Below are positions 1 to 8,645 of a DNA stretch of 56,873 nucleotides, piece after piece. A model generated the notes under the pieces. That model was not told the origin of the DNA. It ran no database searches and saw nothing but the letters and a program-made list of their open reading frames with translations. Every line of letters starts with the position of its first letter. The stretch's first letter is position 1. The DNA is from Deltaproteobacteria bacterium. Its GTDB lineage: Bacteria > Desulfobacterota > Binatia > DP-6. Location: NCBI GenBank assembly GCA_005879205.1, contig VBLD01000118.1, positions 4,218-61,090 on the forward strand, read 5' to 3'. A program made the translations under genes and the position numbers.

Positions 1-892
1 GTGCAGCTTCTGCATCATCCCGAAGATCCGCGGGCGGCACGAGAGCCGGCCGATGGACGACGTCCTGGGCGAGGCGGCGAGCCTCGCGCGCGAGGGAACC
101 GTCGAGATCTGTCTCATCGCGCAGGACCTGACTGCCTACGGGCGCGACCTCGCCGGCGACGCGTCGCTCGCGCGGCTGCTGCGTGCCCTCGCCGGGCGGG
201 TGCCCGAGGTGCGCTGGCTCCGGCTTCTCTACGCCTACCCGGCCTCGGTCACCGAGGAGCTGCTCGAGGTGATCGCCGACGAGCCCGCGGTCTGCAAGTA
301 CCTCGACATGCCGCTCCAGCACATCTCCGACCGCCTGCTGCGCACCATGCGCCGCGAGCGCAGCGGCGACGCGATCCGTCGCCTCATCGACCGCATACGC
401 GATGCGGTGCCGGCGATCGCGCTCCGCACCTCGTTCATCGTCGGCTTCCCCGGTGAGACCGAGGCCGACGTGCGCGAGCTCTGCGCCTTCCTCGAGCAGA
501 CCGAGTTCGACCACGTGGGCGTGTTCCGCTACTCGCAGGAGGAGAACACGCCGGCCGCGGCGCTGCCGGATCAGGTGCCGGAGTCCGTGAAGGCCGAGCG
601 ATGGGACCGCGTGATGGCCGTCCAGGCGGGAGTCGCGCGGCGGCGTACGACCGCGCACCGCGGGCAGATTGCAGAGGTTCTCGTCGAGGGCCGGGACACG
701 CGCGGTCGTCTGGTCGGGAGGACGCGGGGGCAGGCGCCCGAGATCGACGGGCGCATCTATCTCAGCGGCAACGCGCAGGCGGGCGATCTCGTGCAGGCGC
801 GGATCGTCGGCGCAAAAACGTACGACCTCATCGGCGAGATCGTCGAGTCGAGTTACGACCCGCCGTTTGACACGTCTCTGACGACACTTTAG
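1..892 (+). CDS. rimO: Ribosomal protein S12 methylthiotransferase RimO, 3' part (5' end outside window)
   Basis: Frame 2 is open from base 2 and reads CSFCIIPKIRGRHESRP (end of the radical-SAM CxxxCxxC box), then continues as listed ORF 53-892. C-terminal TRAM-like segment (GQIAEVLVEG...TYDLIGEIV). Stop at 890-892. Confidence 0.85.
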   Translation, partial: CSFCIIPKIRGRHESRPMDDVLGEAASLAREGTVEICLIAQDLTAYGRDLAGDASLARLLRALAGRVPEVRWLRLLYAYPASVTEELLEVIADEPAVCKYLDMPLQHISDRLLRTMRRERSGDAIRRLIDRIRDAVPAIALRTSFIVGFPGETEADVRELCAFLEQTEFDHVGVFRYSQEENTPAAALPDQVPESVKAERWDRVMAVQAGVARRRTTAHRGQIAEVLVEGRDTRGRLVGRTRGQAPEIDGRIYLSGNAQAGDLVQARIVGAKTYDLIGEIVESSYDPPFDTSLTTL

Positions 893-918
893 AGTGCCGC
901 GCTTTTCCGGGAGGCCTC

Positions 919-1344
919 ATGCGTAAGGCATTCCTCAAGAAAGCCCGCGAGACCCTGCAGGAGATGCGCACTCAGCTCCTCCGCAACGTGCAGGCCGAGC
1001 TGCACGAGGGACGGGAGCAGAGCAAAGACGAGGGCATGGACACCTATGACCTCGCGAGCGACGCACGCGACCGCGAGATCAACTTCATCCTGACCGATCG
1101 TGAGCGCGAGAAGCTGCAGGCGATCGACGAGGCGCTCGCCAGGGTCGAGGAGGGCAGCTACGGGGTCTGCGAGAGCTGCGAGTCGGACATCGCCGAGGGG
1201 CGCCTCGAGGCGCTGCCCTTCACCCGCCTCTGCATCAACTGTCAGGCGGAGCGCGAGAGGGAGGCCCGGATCAACAAGCGGTTCGAAGAGGACCGCACCT
1301 ACCGGCGCCTCAGCACCGGCGACAGCGACGAGGAGAGCTCGTAG
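919..1344 (+). CDS. DksA/TraR-family C4 zinc-finger protein
   Basis: 141-aa ORF with a coiled-coil N-half followed by CESCESDIAEGRLEALPFTRLCINC (CxxC-N17-CxxC DksA finger). GGGAGG lies just upstream of the ATG. Confidence 0.85.
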   Translation: MRKAFLKKARETLQEMRTQLLRNVQAELHEGREQSKDEGMDTYDLASDARDREINFILTDREREKLQAIDEALARVEEGSYGVCESCESDIAEGRLEALPFTRLCINCQAEREREARINKRFEEDRTYRRLSTGDSDEESS

Positions 1345-1345
1345 C

Positions 1346-1845
1346 TCACGGCAGGAACGGGCCGCGGCGGCGCGTGACGAACGGCAGCCACGTCACGCCG
1401 AGCCCGATGACCGCCGTCAGCACGGCCCGCGTCGTGTGGAAGCTGTGCGCGCGCTCGAGGCCTACGACCGTCAGGTAGCGAGCCGGAACGGCAGCCACGC
1501 CAGCACCATCGGCGCCGCCGCATAGGCGACCACACGGAAGGTCGGCTCGAAGCCGGCGCGGCCGCCGAACAGGTGCTGGGCGATCAGCACGAAGAGCCCC
1601 GCCGAGACGAACGCGCCGAGCACCTGCCAGAGGACGATGCGCAGGAAGCCCCCGAGCCCCCAGCCGAGGACCAGGTGGCCGGCCGCGTTGATCACGGCCG
1701 TCACGCCGAGGAAGGCGAGAGGGGGCTGGAGACCCCCTACCTCCGGCATCTCGGCGAAGAAGGCGCGCGGATCGGTCATCACGCGCTTCCACGCATTGGG
1801 GAAGCCTTCGAGCGCGGCCGCACCCTCGAACTCGCGTGTTGCCAT
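1346..1845 (-). CDS. Yip1-family membrane protein, apparently frame-shifted near 1471-1480
   Basis: ATG at 1845. MATREFEG...APMVLAWLPFRLAT stops at 1471-1473. The neighbouring frame continues YLTVVGLERAHSFHTTRAVLTAVIGLGVTWLPFV to TGA 1346-1348 with nearly 100% G/C at third positions, and supplies the last TM helix expected of Yip1-type proteins. Confidence 0.6.
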
Positions 1846-2049
1846 GATGAGGCTTATAAGCGGCGGGGCTCGGGGAGGTCCAGATGGGGGCGGGAAGGGG
1901 CCCCGCCGCGGCTCCCGGTCGCTCCACGCGCGCCTTGGAGCTGAACCGTCCCTCCGCAGCTGCAGGCGCGCGCGGGAGCTGTGGAGGTTGCCGCGGCGGG
2001 GCCTCTTCCCGCCTTGCGCGGCATCGCTCCTCCGCCGAGATGCGCCACC

Positions 2050-3378
2050 ATGACGCTTGCGGAGATGCGGCGCGACGCGGTCGCGTGCTTTGCGGCGGCG
2101 ATGGATGCGGTCGAACCGGGGCGGCTTGTCGATACGCAGCTCTTCCGCGAGGGGGGCACGGTCTGTCTCGGCACACCAGAAGCGGGCGTGGTGGCGCGGC
2201 ATGCGGGGCCGGTGGTCGTGGTCGGCGCGGGGAAGGCCGCGCGGAAGATGGCGGAGGCGTCGGCGCGCGTGGCGGGGCGCGCGCTGTGCGGCGGGATCGT
2301 GATCGTACCGCACGGGAGTGAGCTCTCGTCGATCGGCGCAGTCACGGTCGCTGCGGGAGGGCATCCCGTGCCGGATGCGGCGGGGGAGGCGGCGACGCGA
2401 CGGCTCCAGGAGGTGGTCGGCGGCGCCGACGGCTCGACCCTCGTCGTCGTCGTGCTCGGGGGCGGCGCCTCGGCACTCATGGTCGCGCCCGCAGCGGGTA
2501 TCGACCTTCGCGACAAGCAGGAGATCACACGCCGGCTGCTCTTCGCGGGCGCGGACATCGAGGCGCTCAACACCGTGCGCAAGCACTGCTCGCAGGTGAA
2601 GGGCGGCGGGCTCCTGCGCGCTGCCGGCCGCGCGGGAGGCGTCTGGACGCTGCTGCTCTCCGACGTGGTCGGCGACGACCCGGCGATCATCGGCTCGGGC
2701 CCGACCGTGGCGGATCCCACCACCTTCGCCACCGCGGCCCGCGTGCTCGCCCGTTTTCTCGCGCCCGCGGACGTGCCGCCAACGGTCCGCGAGCATCTCG
2801 AGCGCGGGCGCCGCGGCCTCGTCGTGGAAACGGTCAAGCCCGGCGACCCCGTCCTCGCGCGCACCCGAACGGTGCGGATCGGCGGGAACCGCGACGCGGT
2901 CCGCGCCGCCGCGCGGGAGGCCGAGCGTCGGGGCTATCGCACCACGGTGCTGCCCGAGGCGCTTCGCGGCGATGCCGCCGAGGCCGGGCGCGCCGTCGTC
3001 GCGCGCCTCGCGGCGGCGTCCGGCGACCGGCCACGGGCGATCGTCGCCGGCGGCGAGACGACGGTTCGCGTGGCGCCGGAGGGCCGCGGCGGCCGCTGCC
3101 AGCAGCTCGCGCTCGCCGCGGCCGTCGCGCTCGCGGGTGTCCCCGCGGTCCTGCTCGCGGCCGGCACCGACGGCGTCGACGGTCCGACCGACGCCGCGGG
3201 CGCGTGCATCGACGGCGAGACCACGGCACGGGCGCGGGCGCGCGACTTCACCCCGGACGCGGCGTTGAGCCGGACCGACAGCCATCCGCTGCTCGACGCC
3301 ACGGGCGATCTCGTCCGCACCGGACCGACGGGCACGAACGTCGCCGACCTGGTGGTCGCGCTGCGTGCCGCATGCTAA
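2050..3378 (+). CDS. Glycerate 2-kinase / hydroxypyruvate reductase-like (DUF4147 + MOFRL family)
   Basis: Tail of ORF 1981-3378 from ATG 2050. Motifs: VVVGAGKAA, LGGGASAL, RKHCSQVKGGGL, SGPTVADPTT, AGGETTV, GTDGVDGPTDAAGA, TGPTGTNVADL. Confidence 0.8.
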   Translation: MTLAEMRRDAVACFAAAMDAVEPGRLVDTQLFREGGTVCLGTPEAGVVARHAGPVVVVGAGKAARKMAEASARVAGRALCGGIVIVPHGSELSSIGAVTVAAGGHPVPDAAGEAATRRLQEVVGGADGSTLVVVVLGGGASALMVAPAAGIDLRDKQEITRRLLFAGADIEALNTVRKHCSQVKGGGLLRAAGRAGGVWTLLLSDVVGDDPAIIGSGPTVADPTTFATAARVLARFLAPADVPPTVREHLERGRRGLVVETVKPGDPVLARTRTVRIGGNRDAVRAAAREAERRGYRTTVLPEALRGDAAEAGRAVVARLAAASGDRPRAIVAGGETTVRVAPEGRGGRCQQLALAAAVALAGVPAVLLAAGTDGVDGPTDAAGACIDGETTARARARDFTPDAALSRTDSHPLLDATGDLVRTGPTGTNVADLVVALRAAC

Positions 3379-4142
3379 ATGGCCGCCCCATGCGGGGTCG
3401 CGGGGGGAACGTCTCGGAGATCTTCGTCTCGTTCCAGGGGGAGGGTCTCCACGCGGGACGGCGACATCTCTTCGTCCGTCTCGGGGGCTGCCCGCTACGC
3501 TGCCGCTACTGCGACACGCCCGAGAGTCTCGTCCCCGTCCCCGAGTGCCGCATCCTCGGTCCCGACGGGGAGCGGCGGCGCGCAAACCCGTTCACCCCGA
3601 GCGCGCTCGAGGCCGAGGTCCAGGCGCTCGTTGCCGTGGCGCCGCCGCTCGCCGCGCTCGCCGTGACCGGGGGCGAGCCGCTCGCCCAGACGGATTTTCT
3701 GGCTGCCTGGCTCGGGATGCGAGCGGGCGGGCTGCCCGTTCTCCTCGAGACGGCCGGCATCCTGCCGGCGCGCCTCGCGCGGCTGCTGCCCGAGGTGGCG
3801 ATCGTCAGCCTCGATCTCAAGTGCCCGAGCAACACGGGCGAGCGCGCGCGCTGGGACGAGCACGCGGCGTGTCTCGAGGCAGCCGTCGCCGCCGGTCGAG
3901 ATGTCTACGTCAAGATGCCCGTCGACGAGGGCACGCTCGCCGAGGAGGTGGAGCACGGCGCGCGGCTCGTCGCGGCGGTGCACCCGGCGGTGCCCCTCTT
4001 CCTGACCCCGCTCACGCTGCCCCATGGGACCGACTTCACGATCAGCGCCGCGACGCTCGAGCGCCTCCACGCGGTCGCGAGCCGCCGTCATCCCGACGTG
4101 CGAGTGCTGCCGCAGCTCCACAAGGTGCTCGGGATTCTCTGA
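3372..4142 (+). CDS. queE: 7-carboxy-7-deazaguanine synthase (radical SAM)
   Basis: SEIFVSFQGEGLHAGRRHLFVRLGGCPLRCRYCDT (CxxxCxxC), TGGEPL. ATG 3372 overlaps the stop of the upstream gene; an alternative ATG is at 3390. Confidence 0.8.
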   Translation: MLNGRPMRGRGGNVSEIFVSFQGEGLHAGRRHLFVRLGGCPLRCRYCDTPESLVPVPECRILGPDGERRRANPFTPSALEAEVQALVAVAPPLAALAVTGGEPLAQTDFLAAWLGMRAGGLPVLLETAGILPARLARLLPEVAIVSLDLKCPSNTGERARWDEHAACLEAAVAAGRDVYVKMPVDEGTLAEEVEHGARLVAAVHPAVPLFLTPLTLPHGTDFTISAATLERLHAVASRRHPDVRVLPQLHKVLGIL

Positions 4143-5164
4143 TGGCGCGTGTCCGGGCGACGCGCCCCCAGCCCGCCACCCTCATCCCGGGGGACGGTAT
4201 CGGTCCCGAGGTGATCGCCGCCGCGGTGCTGGCCATCGAGGCGGCGGGCGGCCGCATCGTGTGGGACGTCCAGAAGGCGGGCAAGGCCTCCTTCGACGAG
4301 TCGGGGACGCCGATCCCCGACTCGCTCATCCGATCGATTCGCCGCACCCGGGTCGGCCTGAAGGGCCCGCTCGAGACGCAGGTCGGGCGCGTGGGGTACC
4401 GCAGCGTGAACGTCGCGCTGCGCAAGACGTTCGATCTCTACGCCAACGTCCGGCCGATCCGGACGCTTCCCGGCGTGCGCTCGGCGTTCTCGGGCGTCGA
4501 CCTGATCGTCGTGCGGGAGAACACCGAGGACGTCTACTCCGGGATCGAGCACCAGATCGCCCCGGGCGTGGTGGAGGCCGTCAAGGTGATCACCGCGCGC
4601 GCCTCGCGCCGCATCGCGCGCTACGCCTTCGAGCTGGCGCGGCGCGAGCGCCGCCGGCGCGTGACCGCCATCCACAAGGCGAACATCATGAAGCTCTCCG
4701 ACGGGCTCTTCCTCGCCTGCGCGCGACAGGTCGGCAAGCTCCATCGGCGCATCAAGTACGACGAGCTGATCGTCGACAACGCCTGCATGCAGCTCGTGCT
4801 CCGGCCGCAGGAGTTCGACTTCCTGCTGCTCGTGAACCTCTACGGTGACATCGTCTCGGACCTGTGCTCCGGGCTCGTCGGTGGCCTCGGCCTGGTGCCG
4901 GGCGCGAACGTGGGCGACCGCTGCGCGATCTTCGAGGCGGTGCACGGGACGGCGCCGGACATCGCGGGGAAGGGGGTGGCCAACCCGCTCGCGGCCATCT
5001 TCTCCGGCATCATGCTGCTCCGGCACGTCGGTCAGACGGCTCCTGCGAACCGTCTCGAGCGCGCCGCCCACCGCCTCCTGGCGGAGCGTCGCGTGCTGAC
5101 GCCCGACCTCGGCGGCAAGGCCACCACCAAGAAGATGACCGAGCGTCTGATCGCGCTCCTGTAG
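4142..5164 (+). CDS. NAD-dependent isocitrate dehydrogenase (isocitrate/isopropylmalate dehydrogenase family)
   Basis: ATGA start/stop overlap with queE. TLIPGDGIGPEV, VRENTEDVYSGIEH (IDH3-like block), NLYGDIVSDL, HGTAPDIAGKGVANP. 340 aa. Confidence 0.8.
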   Translation: MARVRATRPQPATLIPGDGIGPEVIAAAVLAIEAAGGRIVWDVQKAGKASFDESGTPIPDSLIRSIRRTRVGLKGPLETQVGRVGYRSVNVALRKTFDLYANVRPIRTLPGVRSAFSGVDLIVVRENTEDVYSGIEHQIAPGVVEAVKVITARASRRIARYAFELARRERRRRVTAIHKANIMKLSDGLFLACARQVGKLHRRIKYDELIVDNACMQLVLRPQEFDFLLLVNLYGDIVSDLCSGLVGGLGLVPGANVGDRCAIFEAVHGTAPDIAGKGVANPLAAIFSGIMLLRHVGQTAPANRLERAAHRLLAERRVLTPDLGGKATTKKMTERLIALL

Positions 5165-5189
5165 GCGTGCCGGCGTTCCCTGACGCACC

Positions 5190-5218
5190 GTGACATCGGA
5201 TCCGAGCCTGGGTAGAAT
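5190..5218 (+). promoter_or_regulatory. Putative sigma70-type promoter of glpD (possibly leaderless mRNA)
   Basis: GTGACA (5190-5195), 17-nt spacer, TAGAAT (5213-5218). The GTG start of glpD lies only 6 nt downstream of the -10 box and has no Shine-Dalgarno. Confidence 0.4.
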
Positions 5219-5224
5219 CCGGAC

Positions 5225-6871
5225 GTGACCTCGCGTGGCGCGACGCTCGCTCGGCTCGGGAGCGAGACGTTCGATCTCCTCGTGATCGGAGGAGGAATCA
5301 ACGGGGCCGGTATCGCGCGCGACGCGGCGATGCGCAGCATCCGGACGGCGCTCGTCGAGCACGCGGACTTCGCCTCGGGTACCTCGAGCCGGTCTTCGAA
5401 GCTGATCCACGGCGGATTCCGCTACCTCGAGCAGGGCAACGTCCGGATGGTCCTCGAGGGGTGCCGCGAGCGCGGGCGTCTGCGGCGGCTCGCGCCGCAC
5501 CTCGTGCAGCCGCAGGAGTTCGTCTTCCCGGTGTACGACGGCGGGCCGATCGGCAGGCTCAAGCTCGCGGCGGGTCTCTGGGCGTACGATCTGCTCGCCG
5601 GCCTGTGGAACGTCGGGCACCACCGCATGCTCTCGGCGCGCGCTACGCGCGAGGCGGAGCCCGCGCTGCGGACCGAAGGGCTGCGCGGCGCCGGGCGCTA
5701 CTGGGACTGCCGCACCGACGACGCGCGGCTCGTTCTCGAAACGATCCTCGCGGCCGTGCAGGAGGGCGCCGTCGCGGTGTCGTACGGCCGGGTGACCGCG
5801 CTCCTGAAGGAGGCGGGCCGGATCGTCGGGGCGCGCCTGGTCGATCGCCTCGGCGGCGGCGAGCTGACGGTGCGGGCCCGCGTGGTCGTCAACGCCACCG
5901 GCCCATGGGTCGACAGCGTTGCGAACCTCGACGCGCCGACCGCGCCGCGGCTCCGTCCGACGAAGGGCGTGCACGTCCTCGTTCCGCGTGCGCGTGTCGG
6001 CAACCGGGCAGCGGTGGTCCTGCACGCCGTCCAGGACGGGCGAGTCATGTTCGTCATCCCGTGGGGAGGGCAGGCGCTGGTCGGCACGACCGACACGGAC
6101 CACGAGGGCGGTCCCGACGTGCCGCCCGTCGTCGAGGCGGCCGACGTGCAGTACCTGCTCGAGACCGTCAACCACTACTTCCCGGCCGCTCGTCTCGGCT
6201 CCGCAGACGTGACCAGCGCCTTCGCCGGCCTCCGTCCGCTGATCGCGCCGGCGCCTGGCGAGGCGATGGCGCCCTCCAGCGTGTCGCGCGAGGAGGATAT
6301 CTTCGCCTCGCCCTCGGGGCTCATCTCCATCGCCGGCGGGAAGCTCACGACGTACCGGCTGGTGGCGGCGGCGGTCGTCGAGCGCGTGATCGACGCGCTC
6401 CGCCGGGGCGGCGAGGCGCGGCGCTTCGGCCGTTGCCGGACGGGGAGGGTCCCGCTGCCGGGCGGGGCGGCGCCGCCGGATGCCGTGGCGGCGCTGGCGC
6501 TCTCGCGCGACGGCCACGGCCTTGCGCCCGCGACGATCGGTCACCTCGCCGACCGCTACGGCAGCCGCCTCGACGAGGTGCTGCATCTCGTCGCCGCCGA
6601 CCGCGAGCTCGCCACCCCGATCGTCCCGACGCTCCCCGACCCGCGGGCCGAGGTGCTGGAGGCCGTCGAGCACGAGGGGGCGCTGACCATCGAGGACGTC
6701 CTTCGCCGCCGGACGCAGATCGCGTTGCGCGACGACACCGAGGGGGTCGCGGTGGCCGAGCAGGTCGCGGCGTTGATGGCAGGACCGCTCGGCTGGACGC
6801 CGGAGGAGGCGCGCGCGGCCGCGGAGAGCTACGCCGCGACGGTGGAAGAGGGACGCCGCCGGTGGCGGTGA
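5225..6871 (+). CDS. glpD: FAD-dependent glycerol-3-phosphate dehydrogenase
   Basis: FDLLVIGGGINGAGIARDAAMRS (dinucleotide fold), SSRSSKLIHGGFRYLE, and a GlpD-type C-terminal helical domain. 548 aa, GTG start. Confidence 0.85.
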   Translation: MTSRGATLARLGSETFDLLVIGGGINGAGIARDAAMRSIRTALVEHADFASGTSSRSSKLIHGGFRYLEQGNVRMVLEGCRERGRLRRLAPHLVQPQEFVFPVYDGGPIGRLKLAAGLWAYDLLAGLWNVGHHRMLSARATREAEPALRTEGLRGAGRYWDCRTDDARLVLETILAAVQEGAVAVSYGRVTALLKEAGRIVGARLVDRLGGGELTVRARVVVNATGPWVDSVANLDAPTAPRLRPTKGVHVLVPRARVGNRAAVVLHAVQDGRVMFVIPWGGQALVGTTDTDHEGGPDVPPVVEAADVQYLLETVNHYFPAARLGSADVTSAFAGLRPLIAPAPGEAMAPSSVSREEDIFASPSGLISIAGGKLTTYRLVAAAVVERVIDALRRGGEARRFGRCRTGRVPLPGGAAPPDAVAALALSRDGHGLAPATIGHLADRYGSRLDEVLHLVAADRELATPIVPTLPDPRAEVLEAVEHEGALTIEDVLRRRTQIALRDDTEGVAVAEQVAALMAGPLGWTPEEARAAAESYAATVEEGRRRWR

Positions 6872-7575
6872 AGTCGGCGCGACCGCCGGCCCGCCGGCCG
6901 CGTCGCCGCCTGAACGTGGCGCGCGAGGGCCTCGAGGGCCGTCGCGCGCGTGCCCGACAGATCGTACGCGGCCTGGCACGCGCCTATCCCGACGCATGGT
7001 GCGCGCTGCACCACCAGAACCCCTGGCAGCTGCTCGTCGCGACCATCCTCTCGGCGCAGTGCACGGACGCGATGGTGAACCAGGTGACGCCGCGCCTCTT
7101 TGGCGCCTATCCCGGCCCTCGCGAGCTGGCCGCCGCGCCGTCCGATGCGGTGGAAGCGATCATCAAGTCGACTGGATTCTTCCGCCAGAAGGCGAAGGCG
7201 CTCCAGGCGGTGGCGCGCATCCTCGTCGAGCGGCACGAGGGTCAGGTCCCCGAGACGATGGAAGCGCTCTGCGCGCTCCCGGGGGTGGGGCGGAAGACCG
7301 CCAACGTCGTGCTCGGGACGGCCTTCGGCCAGCCGGCCATCTTCGTCGACACCCACGTGCGGCGGCTGGCAGGGCGGCTCGGGCTCACCACGAACGACGA
7401 TCCCGACAAGATCGAGACCGACCTGCACGCGCTGCTGCCGCCGAAGGAGTGGACGTCGTTCGCCCACCGCCTGATCCACCACGGCCGCCGCGTGTGCCTC
7501 GCCCGCAAGCCGCGCTGCAGCACCTGTCCCGTAGCCGCGTGGTGCCCGCGCGTTGGCGTCGTCGCCGCCGCTTAG
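6868..7575 (+). CDS. nth: Endonuclease III (DNA glycosylase/AP lyase)
   Basis: PWQLLVATILSAQCTD, LPGVGRKTANVVL (HhH-GPD), VDTHV, and C-terminal CLARKPRCSTCPVAAWC (4Fe-4S loop). Start is either GTG 6868 (GTGA overlap with glpD) or GTG 6916. Confidence 0.85.
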   Translation: MKSARPPARRPRRRLNVAREGLEGRRARARQIVRGLARAYPDAWCALHHQNPWQLLVATILSAQCTDAMVNQVTPRLFGAYPGPRELAAAPSDAVEAIIKSTGFFRQKAKALQAVARILVERHEGQVPETMEALCALPGVGRKTANVVLGTAFGQPAIFVDTHVRRLAGRLGLTTNDDPDKIETDLHALLPPKEWTSFAHRLIHHGRRVCLARKPRCSTCPVAAWCPRVGVVAAA

Positions 7576-7607
7576 GTCCAGCGGCACAAAAGCGTGACCC
7601 ACTCGTG

Positions 7608-7712
7608 TGCCGCGCCGGCTTCGCCGGCCGCGGCATGTCGTTCGCGCGGGCACTGACCGTTCCACACTCGCGTTCGGGCCGACCCGAGACGTGTCTCGGG
7701 TCGGCCTCCTAA
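7608..7712 (+). repeat. Double-hairpin intergenic repeat, copy 1 of 3
   Basis: Invariant core TGCCGCGCCGGCTTCGCCGGCCGCGGCA (10-bp GC stem with one bulged C), a ~40-nt spacer, then CCGACCCGAGA-CGTG-TCTCGGGTCGG (11-bp perfect stem), ending CCTCCTAA. Lies between convergent nth and the VIT gene; its last bases overlap the VIT stop codon. Confidence 0.85.
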
Positions 7713-8482
7713 ACCGCCAGGCCGACCAGGCGGCCGAGCACGAGGCCGACGACGCAGGCGAGCACGCCGAGACCGGCGAGCTCGAGGCTCGCGGCCAGCG
7801 GGTTCTCCTTGGTGAGCCACGTCTTGGCGACGCCCGTGACGAGCAGCGTCACGACCGCGAGCAGAGCCGACACCGCGAAGGTGGGCTGCGCGCCGGGGTG
7901 GAGGAAATAGGGCACGAGCGTGACGAGCGCGCCCGACAAGAAGGCGAAGCCCGTGACTGCGGCGATCCGTACGGGCGGGTCGAACGTCTCCTCGGCGAGG
8001 CCGAGCTCCTCGCGCGACATGAAGCGCAGCCAGAGCTCCGGGTTGGACGTCACCCGCCGGACGATCAAATCGATCTCGTCGGGGCTGAAGCCGAGCTGGC
8101 CGTAGATCTCACGGATCTCCTCGCGCTCGTGGTCGGGCATGTTCTCGATCTCCCATGCCTCGCGCGCGATCTCGGCCTCGAAGAACCTGCGCTGGGACTT
8201 GGACGCCACGTAGGCCCCGATGGCCATGGCGAGCGCCCCGGCGAAGGCGGCGGCGAGACCGCCGAGCGCGATCGTATGGAGATCGCCGATGGTGGCCGTG
8301 ACGCCCGCCAGGAAGCCGATCGTCGAGATGACGCCGTCGTTGAGGCCGAAGATCACCTCGCGGATCAGGCGTCCATGGGGTGTATGCCAGGCCTCCTTGT
8401 GGAACCGCCTGAGCGGCTCCGCCAACCTGGTGACGGGCGCCGGCGTCGAGCCGCGCTCGCTCCCCGGGGAGGATGCCATCAT
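7709..8482 (-). CDS. VIT1/CCC1-family iron/manganese transporter
   Basis: REVIFGLNDGVISTIGFLAGV, a cytosolic helical insert (EIAREAWEIENMPDHEREEIREIY), and C-terminal TM helices. Start ATGATG at 8482/8479. Confidence 0.8.
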   Translation of the reverse strand: MMASSPGSERGSTPAPVTRLAEPLRRFHKEAWHTPHGRLIREVIFGLNDGVISTIGFLAGVTATIGDLHTIALGGLAAAFAGALAMAIGAYVASKSQRRFFEAEIAREAWEIENMPDHEREEIREIYGQLGFSPDEIDLIVRRVTSNPELWLRFMSREELGLAEETFDPPVRIAAVTGFAFLSGALVTLVPYFLHPGAQPTFAVSALLAVVTLLVTGVAKTWLTKENPLAASLELAGLGVLACVVGLVLGRLVGLAV

Positions 8483-8507
8483 CCGACCGAAAAAAAGAAG
8501 AACAGCT

Positions 8508-8536
8508 TTTATACGGCGCAACCCCGCGCCGGTAAA
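8508..8536 (-). promoter_or_regulatory. Putative sigma70-type promoter of the VIT-family gene
   Basis: On the minus strand: TTTACC (8536-8531), 17-nt spacer, TATAAA (8513-8508), ~25 nt upstream of the start codon. Sits in the lowest-GC stretch of the window. Confidence 0.45.
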
Positions 8537-8567
8537 GGCGTTTTGCGCCTCGATGCGCAATTTCAGC

Positions 8568-8596
8568 TTGACAAACGCCGCACCGAACGATAGTTT
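8568..8596 (+). promoter_or_regulatory. Putative sigma70-type promoter of the homoserine kinase gene
   Basis: TTGACA (8568-8573), 17-nt spacer, TAGTTT (8591-8596). GGGAGG SD at 8631-8636, ATG at 8646. Confidence 0.5.
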
Positions 8597-8645
8597 GCGT
8601 CGGCATTTTGGGTGGAATTCCGGTGGGTTAGGGAGGCTGGCGGAG

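Noticed and set aside
4088-6997. 969-aa minus-strand ORF spanning the IDH, glpD and nth region. Similar giants occur at 16962-19745, 29028-31721, 43909-47289, 1471-3585 (upstream part) and 54832-56763 (part left of 56457).
   Set aside because: They are Arg/Pro/Gly/Asp-rich, low-complexity translations antisense to well-supported genes. Third-position G/C is lower than in the opposing frame. These are typical stop-poor shadow ORFs of a ~70% GC genome.
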